A stretch of 64,000 nt of DNA from Trichoplax sp. H2 (taxonomy: Eukaryota): NCBI GenBank assembly GCA_003344405.1, contig NOWV01000003.1:124001-188000 (forward strand). Direction: 5' to 3'. The position numbers were made by a program, and so were the translations under genes. Shown piece by piece: positions 40,967 through 57,600 of this stretch. Positions within the stretch are counted from its first letter, which is position 1. Every line of letters starts with the position of its first letter. The notes beneath the pieces were generated by a model, which worked only from the letters and a program-made list of their open reading frames with translations, ran no database searches and was not told where the DNA came from.

Positions 40967-42207
40967 CTAAAACTAAAAGAAATAAGCCCGAAGTTATAAA
41001 AAAGGCGAAAAGATCAATTTTAATCGTAAATGGATAAGCAAAATAATGTGAATAAGTATGATCAGTAATTGCACTGAAGTATCTAGAATTTACCGTTTTA
41101 AGAAATTCTTCCGCGCATATACGAGCGCGTGCGTTGACTGCAAGCTTCATTTCGCTTATTTCCTTATCAATATCTTCCATGAACTGTCAATTTCAGAATG
41201 TAAATCAGTTTCTACTGTTAAAGCAACATTCTTTATGCATAGATTAAAACTAACGGCTTACATCAATTCTTTGCCAGGGTACTTACGTGAATCACGAAAT
41301 CAACTAATTTATGTTTCAGCATCATTTCCGTGTGAAAGTTGGTAATTAAAAAGCTAATGTCATAGTCCTGAAAAATGTTAAGTTTATTCTATATCATTTT
41401 CAGCAAAATTTCAAAGCAGTACAACAGATAAACGGTAATATTTATACCTGCATTGGTGTTCGTCTTAAAATAATGAAATTCTCAGCACGCAGCATCATGA
41501 AACGCATAAACTTGTGGCATAGTATCTTCTCAATTTCGTCGGCCTGTTTAACCGCAATACTAACACGGATGGAATTGATAGAGCTTTCAATCAGCACTCT
41601 TTCCTTTTCATTACGGCTGATAATAATCGGTGTTAAGAGCAACTCCTTACTGCTTCCGACCTCAACTTCAGGTTTGTTGTGCCGTTCAATAACTTGAGAG
41701 GAAAAGTTCTGAAGACACATGGCAGCAGTCAAAGAAGATCTGACAGCATTTAGGTAAGGTTTTAATGTCGCAGCCTAAGAGAAAAAGTAAAATACGCTAA
41801 TGTAATTACTATAGATTCAATATGGCTCTTCGAACATTTTGTATATGCAGGATGAACAACTTCTATGAGAACAGTGTAGTATAGTAATGGATGAAAGGCG
41901 TGTTCACTAAGCTTGAAATTCTGTATACGCGTACATGTACAGTACATTGATTGTACTGCGCGGTATAGGACAATTTGACAATTTTTGTCTGATGTAAATT
42001 ATCCGGTTTCGTGTACAGTGTACTGTCTTGCGATTACTATGCTGTGAGTTTAGCTATCTGACGGGTCAGAAAGGAATAAAAGTAAAGGCACAACTTTAAA
42101 ATCTCTAAATTACGACTATAAAAGAATAGTTAGCACTTAAATCGTTTATGAAAAAAATAATGCTTTACGCTAAGATAGCCGAAATAAATTTTTAAATTTT
42201 TTACCAT
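40967..42207 (-). CDS. ARPC4: Arp2/3 complex subunit 4 (p20)
   Basis: Exons 42207-42205 (ATG only), 41774-41448, 41367-41287, 41183-41094, 40972-40967 (F*); 168 aa, [13 protein letters not shown]...[16 protein letters not shown]. Confidence 0.97.
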
Positions 42208-42290
42208 TTTTAGGAGTTCTTCATCCGTATCAACACCACTACTGACTGTGTGATGAATAAAAATGATTTGCTACTTTACTGTGCAGAAGT

Positions 42291-42550
42291 TACAGTACAG
42301 TACGTACAGTACTGTACAGTACAGTACTGTATGTGCAGTAGGAGCTTTTAGTTTTTAAAGGTACAGTACTGTATTCCCCAATCCCCGATTACATTTTGCA
42401 CAGAGGACTTGTAATTTACGGAAGGGATAGTCAAAGATTTTACTTGCGACTATACAGTATATTGTACTGTACAGTACTGTACTGTACTACGGGTCTTCAT
42501 CTACACTGTACTGTACTGTACAGCACATGTACTGTACAGTGTACAGTACA
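42291..42550. repeat. (CAGTA/TACTG)n array upstream of ARPC4
   Basis: Dense pentamer runs starting ~85 bp upstream of the ATG. Confidence 0.9.
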
Positions 42551-45280
42551 ATGTCGCGGACTACGAAATAATGCCTCGGACTAACAAGTCTATACGCTGT
42601 AGTACCGCAAATATGAGTTTGACCGAGTTTTTGCCCTTGTTTGGTGGTGTACGCAGCGACACTATAGTAAATATTTTGCGGAGTATGCTAAGAAATGACG
42701 GTTTCGGTGAATTTCGTGCGATATCTTTAATTTTTGAAACCTGTAATAAGGCTTAAATATAGACCATATTTATTAATATAGATTGTCCTATTTACTTTAC
42801 TTGCTATATTATATTTTGTACGGTAATTTTGATAATAGCAGATATAGAGATGAACTACAATATAGTAGTTCCATGTGAGTGTCGTATCAGGTAACAGTAC
42901 CACGCTTTATAATACTAAATAGCGTACTCGTATTTAACACTAATTATATAATTAATTAGGAATGAGAAGAACTGTTCATATTGTTCTATATGTACATATA
43001 TTGCTACAGTATAAGAATTTAGTCCTGCATTGACAGACCTCCACATGATATACTGTACTCTGGTATGATAAACTGCTAAACGCTAAAAGCGGTCTTAAAT
43101 GATATTCATTTGTCTAATGCGTTAGTCCTTACCAACGCGTAGTCTATGGAATATCAGTTGTCCAAAACCTCAAATGCTTTCTACGGCCTACACAGCCCCC
43201 TCCCACTTCTCAATTCCAAATTTAACTCCCGCAATTATATGTCAGCCCTAATATATCTTAATCCAAACTCCAATATATCTAATATTGAAAAAATTTAGTC
43301 TAGAAAAAAATGTGCCGGAAAAAAGCGAAATAAAATCCCGGTCAATCTCACGTAAAAAAATACAGGCAAATTTCGTGTCGAAAATCCACTCTTAGTCTGT
43401 AGCGACACCTCTACCGATACTGAGTAAGGTAACTTAGCACTCTAGGTTTTTCTTACCTCTATGGTACTTATAGAGGTTCTTCTTCTCACTTCTATGATAG
43501 TAGGTAGTACTGTACAGAACATTTACATTGCCATTATAGAGGATGAGCTATAGTAAGTGTTGTTAAAGTTTTATAAAGGAAACGTATGGATTAAGAAAGC
43601 TATACGACTTGCAATGCAGTCGGAGAGTCTGTCGCTGACCAGTCCATGAACTCTTCTAAAGCGTAACTCAAGTTGACTGTACTGTAGCTTTGTACTCTAC
43701 GTACTGGATTGGGCGCTGGCAAGATATTTCTATAGCAACAAAAATTCGTCTATAGACTGGGTGCTGGAATGCATTTTTTACTACAGTTAATCAATTACCT
43801 ACGAGGTTAATAAAAGGCACCTTTCAACGTATTATTTTTATCCATGACTTGGACTGCTTGTACTCTACTGTACAGTACGTATCAGTACCTTACAATTTAC
43901 GTGATTAAATTTCTATTGTACCGTACTGCGCTTCTGCACCGCTACAATACAGTAAAATGGCTCATACCGAACTACAGTATATACTGTATATTAGGCTGAA
44001 TATACATAAAATCAGTTTCTAGTTCTTATACAGTGTATGAATATATATTTTCGTCGGAAAATCCGAAAAAAGCGTTTTAAACAGTGAGTCCAGTTAAAGC
44101 AAGTTATAAAATCTTGGTTTGGTACCTCTGTTGAATTAGGTCTACTGTAAATTTTTTACAGCAAATAAAATTTTATACAATTCCTTATTTACTGGTTAAC
44201 GACAGGAAAATTAAAACCGATTAAACTCGTAACCTAGCTACGCTCATATGGTAGGACTCCTAAACACTCTATAAGGTATCTATAAGTCTAAACTGCTGCG
44301 CACTTTACAACACAGTAACTTAATTTTATAATTCAATTCTTGTCCATGATCATCTTAATGCACTATTTCAGTTTATCCAAACTGTTAGGTAATGTTTGCG
44401 AAAGTTAATCAAAAGTTTAGAGATACTATTTAAATGCATTAATAAATTGTCGGTATAAGCTTAACTGTATTAGATATATGAAAATAGAGATAAAGAAGAG
44501 AATATTGAATACTACTTACAGTATGCGTAAATACACTCATGGCATAGACAAATTAAACTTTCGTGCAAGAAATAAAATCGGATCAACATAATATGTTGTA
44601 GCATTACATTACAATTGCAATATGAATCTTGCCTATTCGTAGAATATTTTTAAATCTACCGTGCATCGTACTATGATATTGGAGTATATCTGTCTACTAT
44701 TCATATTTTGTACAGTATATCGAAGGTCGACTATAGCCTTACTGAGCAATCCAATATCTATTTCTGTTTTGAAGATTAATATAATTACTACTATCTTTGA
44801 AATTATAAGCAATAGTCATTAGTGTAGTCAATAACATTATTAAAATCTACATATATGTAATTAATATGTAGTTTGTAGTCAGGGGATAACTAATTGGACA
44901 TATATCCATATAAACACGTACATTTATACATAATTAATGCGTAGTGCTACCATTACATTTAGATACAGTACTGTAGCCTAGCACGTTATGGTGTAGATTA
45001 ATATGTATTTAGAGATAGCATGTATAAGGCATGTATTTTTTATACAGCTGGGAGTTGGATGCTACTTTGATGCTTAAATAGTGCAATAAAGTTGTATTAA
45101 TACATAAATAATCAGGGCGTACAGCAGTGCATCTCCGTTACGAAATAAAGGCTATACGCAAACTTTGATAAGATAAAAATCGCACAATTCCTGTGAATCT
45201 AGTTATTTGGCAATTAAATATGGGAGCATTGCAATAAAATTTTTCTTTATTTCTAGGAGCAAAAAATAAAACTACATAGA

Positions 45281-46704
45281 ATGTCTAATAATACAAGCGG
45301 GAACGGTAATAACACGATACTGATGTGGGCCGGATTGCCCTCATTGCAGATTGCTGTTTATTCCGTAGCCATCGTTGTTGGAACTGTTGGAAACTTCTTC
45401 GTTTGCCTGATAATGTTCGGAGGCAGGCGAAAGCAAATGGCCACGGAATTACTAGTTGGGAATCTTGCAATTGCCGATTTGATTATATCGGCCATAACTC
45501 TAACCTTTACTCTAGGTTGGACGATACAAAATTTATATCCTTATGGAGAATTCTGGTGTCGTTTTGGACAGTTCTTATTTGCTGAAGCAGCTGCAGTCTC
45601 TAATTGGACATTAGCTGCAATTAGTATTGATCGATATATATTAGCTTTTCATTCAGAAAAAAAAATAAGCCGGAAACAATCCATAATTTTGATTGCTTGT
45701 ATCTGGATCATTATCGTAATTATAAGTTCGCCATTACTATTTATCTGTAAAGTAAGTGTCTTTACTTATCAAACTATCAAATAGTTAAAGTATCGAATAA
45801 GGTCTTCCTAAATATCAACTTTTTCTACTATTACTCCTGATAGATTCAATATTTTGAGTATGAAAATTCCGGGGAATTTCGGCCTTATTGTATTGAAGAC
45901 TGGCCACATATTTCTAACAAGCGATCTTACACAATGGCATCCTTTGCGTTGTTGTTCATCCTGCCTGTTATAATAATAATTTTTACGCATGGGAGAATTG
46001 TTATAGATTCGTGTGCTACACGTAGGAATTTAAATTCAGATAGAATTGAGATGGAAAATTCCAATATCACGAATCAACAGCTCGAAGCGAAAACTGTTAC
46101 AAATAATAATATCGATGGCACAGAAACTGAAACCAAAACTGTTGAGCGCCTCTCTAACACAACTCAAAGTATTCAGCCGGCTCAGACCCAAACAATCTCA
46201 GTAAATAGTGATCATGCTAATCACACCGAAGATCCTACTGACCGTAAGCATTCAGAAACGCATTTGCCATCAGCAGATTATCAAAAACGCAAATACACAC
46301 CAGATACTCAAACACTTATCAAAGCATCAACAATTGTCGTGGTATTTTTTTTAATAGCCTGGATTCCATACTACATCATGCTTATAATTAGTGAACGCAT
46401 TCTTATTCGCGACGCTACATTTTCCCTCTTGTATCCACTTTTCGCGCTAATCGCCTTCGCTCAATCAGCTGCAAATCCCGTTATTTATTTCTCGTTGAGC
46501 AAAAAATTCCGAGCAGATGTGTACGTGTATCTGTTCGCTCTCTGTTATATCCTGTTTGGCTGTTTTTTTAGACATGAAGTAGAATATTCCGGAGAATCCA
46601 TAGAGGACGATCAAATCCGTCGTCTCAAAGATTATCAAACCAGAAATATTGCTCAAGAGAGAATATTATTTAATAGTTCGAAAGGTGAAAGTACGATAGT
46701 GTGA
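45281..46704 (+). CDS. Rhodopsin-class GPCR, neuropeptide-receptor-like (~443 aa)
   Basis: Exons 45281-45751 and 45844-46704 (phase 0). Motifs GN (TM1), NLAIADL, SIDRY, ECL2 YCIEDWP, LFILP, FLIAWIPYY, SAANPVIY; N-terminal glycosylation sequons; long ICL3. Confidence 0.92.
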
Positions 46705-47491
46705 AATAGCTTAACTATACTGTATGTACTGATTTTATGCATTACCTTATGGAAGTATATCATTCGATTACGACAATCCATGCGTTACTATTGCAACTGT
46801 AATCCTGTCTAATAAAGTAATTCATTTAATAACTTTGTACCGAAAATTACAGTTAAACTATTGTACATCTCAAATCAATCAAACGTTATCGAATTTGGAT
46901 AGCTATATATAATTATAATTACCACTTCGTAGGATCATAATATAATCATTGATGTTTGACTGTTATACCTTACAATCCTGTGTATTATCTATACACACTC
47001 CTTATAAATCTCACGGATCTCGGTCCCTGTTTACATTACTTATTGATAAATTCTTAAAATACTACTCCTCTTTAGGAAGCTATATTATCTGTAAATAACC
47101 ACAGCAACAATTTTGCAGATCAACTCGTTACATTCAATAAAACTCAAAGACTGATGTCTAAAAATGTTCGGATATACAGTATTTTTTATTATTGTTACTG
47201 CATATTTTGCATAAGTACGGTAGAGGCCTAGATGCAAATAATTGCTTCAGCTGATTGCCATTTAATTGTATAAGTCATTCGAATTTTATTGCAAGCACAC
47301 AAGTACGGTAGAAACGATAGGTCTACAACCATCGAAGCTGTAATTTCTAAAATAGTGTTTACCATAAGATACCGTTAACAATACAGCATTAATTATACGT
47401 ATTACTGCATGTTGTACACCACAAGCTCTAAAGCTTGGATTACTTAAATTTGAGTTACGTTCCTATACAGGTTGTTTATAGATAACAAATT

Positions 47492-50320
<2,829 letters not shown>

Positions 50321-50453
50321 ACTGGAATAATACTTAAATGCTAAATTCTATAATATCGTATCGGTGTTTAACTATTAACAAGTACGGCATCCAACGTTGA
50401 AATGCTTGGAGCGCTGTTATGAAATTTGTTATAAACTACTGTAAAACTAATAC

Positions 50454-51240
50454 ACAGTACTGTTAGTACTGTATACTACCGTACAGCACAGCACTGAAAG
50501 AGCTGACGCTGCAAGTCTTCGTGTACTACTGTACAGGACCAGACTACTGTAGTACAGTACTGTAGAGATGAAGATCTTTAACTGTACTGTACTGTACTGT
50601 ACTGTACACTGTACAGTAGCGTTACTACCGTAAGCACTGTACGGTATACAGTCATGGACTGCTGTACTACAGACAGTCTACAGTACAGTACGGTATAGTG
50701 TAGATGTGCAAAATCTGTAGCCAATCGAGTATTTTTGGAGTGAGACATGGCATTTTCACAGACCTTTACAGTACAGTACTTTTTAAGTCTAAAATACAAA
50801 AATACTGTACTGTACCGTACAGTCAGTGGTACAGTACAGTACAGTGTACTGTACACTAGGGTTTCTACAGTAGTGTACTGTACAGTGTACTGTACATGTG
50901 ATCGGGTTTGTTAGTATGCATAATAAACCATACCATAAACCACATACTGTAAGCCGTTTCAGCGATGTGCATTTGATCACTTAACAAATTCTGGAACGCC
51001 CTACAGTACGGTACTGTACAGTACAGTACAGTACTTCATGTCCGTTACTGTACAGCACAGTGTACAGTACTGTACATACATGTACACTATACAGTACTGT
51101 ATAGTACTGTACTGTATAGTTTTTGGGTTTCCGCAAATTCGAATGCATCAGTCTTCTGCCTTTTGTCATGAACTGTATTTACTGTATTGTACTGTAATGT
51201 GTGGATGGTGGTAAGGTGTACTGTACTGTACAGTGTACAC
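50454..51240. repeat. Large (CAGTA/TACTG)n region in the PP2A-SEC24 divergent intergenic space
   Basis: Interleaved pentamer runs in both orientations. Confidence 0.9.
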
Positions 51241-51629
51241 TGCTGTGGCAGTGAAACGTGGCGTGGCAGGAGTGCTATCTATTAGCTTATAAATATAAGT
51301 GATCCTTTCTTTATGAAATCTTTTGTAGTAAAGTATAATCAAGAAGGTAAGTAAATTACTGCAATCTACTTTAGCACTGCCGCTATAGTGTAAGGAATTA
51401 TAGTTTTTTCTTGCTACGACTTTAATAATATATATACGTTATATGTAATCGTTTTACACTAGCAAGAAATTTCATAAATCTTTTCCGCTGTATAGCTTAT
51501 TTAAAGTAATTAGTGAAGCTATACTGTACTATGATGTACTCGGGTAGAAGTGTTCATGGTACATACTAGCTTATTTTACACAGGGTGTATTTGATACTTG
51601 TCTTGTATTTGTATGGCAAAAGAGCAGAG

Positions 51630-54600
51630 ATGTCTCGACGAAAATACCCTATAAGTCCATCAGCGGCACCAGTTCCAGAATACCTACCGGCCTCAACTAC
51701 TCCTCGTATGTCGGATCCTCTTTCCGAAATGCAGTTTAATGCTAATACTAATCCTAATTTAAATTGTAAGTAATTAGTAATACAAGCGTCATAGAATATT
51801 ACGTACTATCAATATACTGGTGTTATATACTTGCATAAAAACTGGGATCAAAACTATAGCAATTTAAACCGTACAGCTATCAAGGAATCTCGCTGTTTAC
51901 TTGCGAATGATTCTCTTGAAGCTGGATTGGCAGGCGAGTCAGCGTACCATACTGCACAGAGTCCTTCATCGACACTAAAAGATATGAAATGAAGATCTCT
52001 GCTGCATACTGAGTGCAACAGAAATACAGAAATGAGTTTGGTTAAGTTTACGATTATTATTTAAAATTGTAAACCATCTCCAATCCACAGATCATGCTAA
52101 TGTAATTCTCATAAGCTAGTAAGTAATACGCTACGTAAGATTAATTGCAGTACCGTACTTTACTATACTGTACATTACGCCTACATTTCAATATGCAGGT
52201 AAAATACTGTAACTTAAGTGGAAGTTTGAAACAGAAAATCACCATCTAGTAAGAAAGACACTCCAGTTTTCAAATTACACTGCAGTACTTGCTAGTGGTA
52301 CTATATCCGCAATGGCTCTAACTTTTATCAAAGGGTTTCGTTTATTAGCAATTTGGTAAAATTTTCAGCTTCAAATTTCTTGAGATCGGGATATAAAACG
52401 TACAATTGAAGGTCCTTGATGAGTATTCATTCCTTTATGTATGGCGATGGCTGCACAAAGTTCAATACATCACTGGCTCTTAGGCTGTGTCAATGAAATA
52501 CTATATGCTAATACCTTATGATTTATTTGAACGTTGAAACTCCATAGTCGATAGTCTTAATAATTATTATTATTAGAAATCTTCGATCATTCTTCCTGTA
52601 TTGTGCAAATCTTTTCACTAGATTATACTTATACTGTACAGTACGTACAGTACAGTAGAATATGGATATCACTAATTATAATTTGAAACGTAATACTACA
52701 AATTAGCTTTAAACTTATCAAGATGTACTTGAATCATAATATTATGAAAGCGAGCCGGATTGATATCCCTATACTGTAACTTTGAGTGCCGCAATTTATA
52801 AAAAGTGGACTCATCAAAATCTGCATTGCTTATAATTTTTCGATTTAAATTCTTATACTGTATATATATTCAATAGCAGAAGTGATTCAATTGCTAGCAC
52901 AGTACCATCGATTACCATTAGCAATTTTACTCAATGTGAATGAAATTACGACAGTACAGTATCATGAATCACTTAGAAGAACCTTACTATAATATCAATA
53001 CTACGTCGACTCTTTTTGTGAAATTCGTAAACGTTCATGTATGAATGCGTGTAAGCCTAGTGTTATTAACTCTGCAAGCAGGCTAAGTAGCCAGCGTTAT
53101 AGTAATACAATTTCCATTTCCTGAGCCGCATTACGCTACTACCAGAACTTCTCCTGTTATTCCGACAACCCTTCACTGGAATCTTCGTGCTCATCACTTC
53201 ATTATACTAAAAGTATAACAAATCTAGCTATTTCGTATTCAGTTCAAGGTACTAGGTACTCATCTAATTGATCAATCCAATAAAGTACATTGGTTCTAAT
53301 GCGTTTAAAAAATGGAAAAGATGTGATCTATAACTTCCTGGAGCTGAAAATAGTGCTGATATACGCGTACCTTGAGTATCAGTTATGATCATTATATTTC
53401 ATGCTAAGTAGCATCAATTTGATATAAAATGTAGTTTTAAATCGTTAAGCAATTATGTTGACAATTTTCGGTCAGCTTGTGTAATACCCATTCCAGAATC
53501 ATTTTCGTATAGTTCTGAATTGTGCAGTGCTATGTTCATTGTGATCATTTATTTAATAAGTTATTGCATAAGGTCTACGCTGTACATGTTCAAGTACTAC
53601 ATTGTGGGCTGGCGCAATACTTGTACGTAAAACGTTGCCTTTGCTAGTCTTTGCTGCTTGAGTCTGTTAAACAAGTTTTTTTATCAATCACGTTTGCAAT
53701 CTGAAGTCGACATGACTGTTAATAAATATCTCCTATCTTGTTAGCATATAAGACTTTGTGTGTGGGTTATAAACTGTATTAGTTACATCATCAACAGTAA
53801 CATATAATTATGTGATTCATATCGTGCCCGCAGCGTCTTTTGAGCGGCATTCGGATAATAGTAATTTTATCCCACCTAATCCAAGATCGTTGCCTCCGCC
53901 AGGCAAAGGTATGATATTTAATAGACCAACTTGCTCATTCATATCGATCGGTACTTTTTATCTTAATTAATTCCTGACTACCAATATATAGAGCAAGAAT
54001 TTATGAGTGACATGGCACCCGCTGCTTATAAATCCTCAAATTCTATACAAACACAGGATACGAGACAAAATTCTCACATTACACTGTCTGATAACCCTAA
54101 ACCAGGAATCATGTCCGGTAAGTAACACCTTAAATTTATACTATAATTTCTTGCCAAAATTTTATACGTCAACTGTAGATGGCATATCTACGTAGAAATG
54201 GAATATATGATAAGTGGAGTAAAGTTTTGTTATTTACCAAAACTGTGGCACGAAGCGATTAATTATGCATAAATTCTAAAAGCTTTTACTTGTAATAATT
54301 TTTATTGTTGTTATTCAGTAAATTAAATGATGTCCATTTTGCCATGCTTTAAAAAATTATCGTTATTCTCAATCACCCTTGGGAAGTCATACTTTCATAA
54401 AATAACAATGATAAAAAGTAATATGTGTGTTATATCAAGTACATGCTTATAATATTTTGATTTCATAAGTTAATTGCTGTTCATAATGCTGTACTACCTG
54501 TATGGACAACTGTAATCTTTTTGGATCTTCACTATACATTACCTGTCTATCAGGAGTAGTACATATAATAGTCTCGCCATTATACCCCTATAATGTACTA

Positions 54601-57600
54601 TTCTTATGGGTTTCAATAGTACTGCTTTACCTTATTAGTTATTAAATTCTAATTAGACCTGAGAAAGGTTCGGTTCGGTGCAAAACCGTTATGATCTATA
54701 TTTCTAATACACTAATAATTATAGTATATTGCATGTGACGATTTAATAACAGTATCGTATGCAAGATCTCTTGTGATCTGTTTTCTATATTCTGTATAGT
54801 CAGCTACTAGTCTCGTTTTTCGAAAATATTTACGTGATGCAGTTTGATTTCCTATGTATTACAATTCGGTATCATGACGTTTACAAATCTGCTTTAGTTT
54901 TCTGTATACGTATACAATTCAGTAACACGATGTTTACAGATGATGAATCCAATCTATTCTAACTTATTATACACAGGTCAATCGTACAAGGCTGGAGCTA
55001 CCATTACGTCTAAGCGCCGTTACTATCCAGTACAGGTTAATAGAAATTGACCAATAACACGACACAACGTATCTCATAATAACTGGGTGTTTTTATACAA
55101 AGTATGGCAATATGCAATTCGTACTTTATAGGATACCATGTTGAACGCTGCATCACGCCAAATTACTACAGACGTAGCAGCACGTCCTATTACGGATAGT
55201 CATTTAGAGTCAGTACCTTCTAAAAGTTCGGTCTCACGAATGGATCAGGTAATGCCGTATAGGTGCTCAAATGCCCAACTAAAATTCTTTTACTGACGAC
55301 TCCTGGCTATCAGGAAGAATGTTAATCTATAGTATATTCTATAATTATAAATTTTTCTTTTTCTCGCAATTTTTGATCATTTAATATTCCCTTCTCGAAG
55401 TTGTGATGTAACTTTTAGCTAGCATTTGTACACTTAGTGTTATTTTACACTATAAATGCAGGCACATATTCCTAGTAGTCACATTCTTCAATCAAATCTT
55501 CCCCAGGCTAACCAAGAAACGGTTCGGCAGCAATTTGGGTCAATGGCACTCCAAGTAGTAGCTTCCATTACCTTTTTTCTAGATATTATTGTGCCCTGAA
55601 TTAAGAATTATTTTTATCATTTAGCAACAGCCTCAGCCTCTAGCAAATATTGTTAATTTGAGTCAAGAGAAGAATCTGTTTGATAATCCTATGACTTCTA
55701 AGCCGGATTTGCCCGAGGTTTGAATACTTTACAGAATATTAATGATAAAGAGTTTTATGGTTATAATCTATCTTATTTACATCCGTCAGATATACCGCGG
55801 AATAGAATATGATCAAAGGTATTCTGTATATTGCTAGAATAGATTCGGCATGCGATGATTTCTTATCCGGATTTTTATAGAACTTTGCCGAAACTATTTT
55901 TCTAACCAATGATCTGTTCTTGAAACAGTATCTTCTGTTGTACATTGAACGCAATCCCTCACAATGGCAGCCTTTTATCAAAATGTAAGGTTCCTTTGGG
56001 ACTGTATATTCATCCATACAAAGACATTCAAGTAAGTTGAGTTACTTATTGATGGTATTCTGTAATGGCGTTGCCAATATTGTAATGCTTACTGTTATAT
56101 TTACATCCAGAATCTTACCGTTGTGTCATCGTCAGTGATAACGAGATGTCGTGTTTGTCGTGCCTATCTAAATCCGTTTGTAACTCTTTTATCCAATCAT
56201 AAGTGGAAATGTAATCTCTGTTTCCGCGTAAATGATCGTAAGGGAAATGCCACATCAATGCGTTTATTTCAGCTTTCTGCAGAACGTCAACTATTTCCAA
56301 ATCTAATTTCGTTATTTGCTTTTTTGTATGATAGTCCCTAATGAATTCGTTTACAATAGCAATATCTCCATTAATAAACGACCAGAGTTAAGGAATTGCA
56401 CTGTTGAATTCATCGCACCTTCGGAATATATGGTTAGTTTTAGATGAATGTCTATGCTTTTGCTGAATGACTTCTTTTAAAAGATCGTAATAGGAAGATC
56501 AAAATTAATATATAGGTTCGTCCTCCTCAACCAGCTGTGTACTTATTCATGTTCGATGTGAGTTTTACTGCTACTAGCACAGGTATTTATCTTGTTGAGA
56601 AATATATGGAACCTGTAAATTAAGAATCATTAGCGTATAGTTTACTTACTTGTTTCAGTACTTTATTTTTTACCCATTAGTTTCGATAGAAATTATATAA
56701 GCAATTAATGGTCTTTCGGTAGGATACTTGGAGGCCGCGTGTCGGATTATGAAGGAAGAGTTAGATAAGCTACCAGGAGATTCCAGAACAATGATTGGAA
56801 TCATTGCTTTTGATAGCAGTATTCATTTTTTTAATTTGAAGGTAGAGATATTGTTATTGTATCGATAGAAATAGATATCATGTATTTCTCTATCGTAAAT
56901 GTTAATAATCATATTCTCTAATTTATTTAGCCTTCACTTCCCCAGCCGCAGATGTTAGTCATATCTGAAGTTAATGGTAGGCATAACAAGAAGCAACTAT
57001 ACTTACTACTTATCTCTATTATAAAATTATCTATAAATTCCTTTAGATATTTTTCTACCTTCTCCTGATGATCTTTTGGTTAACCTACAAGAAAGTAAAG
57101 AGGTATCTATAAGTATATAAATTTTGGCCATGTGCAATTGCTGTTCCACAAACTTCTGATTTATTTCACATTGTAGTTAGTCTTATCACTGCTGGACCAG
57201 CTCCCTAACTTGTTTGATTCATCAAGAAATGTTCACAGTGCTACTGGAGCTGCAATGCAAGCTGGATATAAGTTATTGGTGAGATGTTATAGTTATGAGT
57301 TTAAGTAAACTAATTATTTTAATCTAATTTTAAATATTTCTGAAGATGCCTACAGGAGGACGTATTACCGTATTTCAAGTATCTCTACCTAATTTTGGAC
57401 CTGGAGCATTGAAAATGCGGGAAGATCCGAACCAAAGAGCAGCGGCAACAAAGGTGATACTTTCTTGTTCAGTTATTTATCTCCTAATTGATTTAGTAAA
57501 GATATCCTTCTCAACTATGGCACTTGCATAATTTATCGGTAGTTGTAATCAACATTCAATTTACATTTTGTAGGAGATACCTCAACTCGTACCTGCTACA

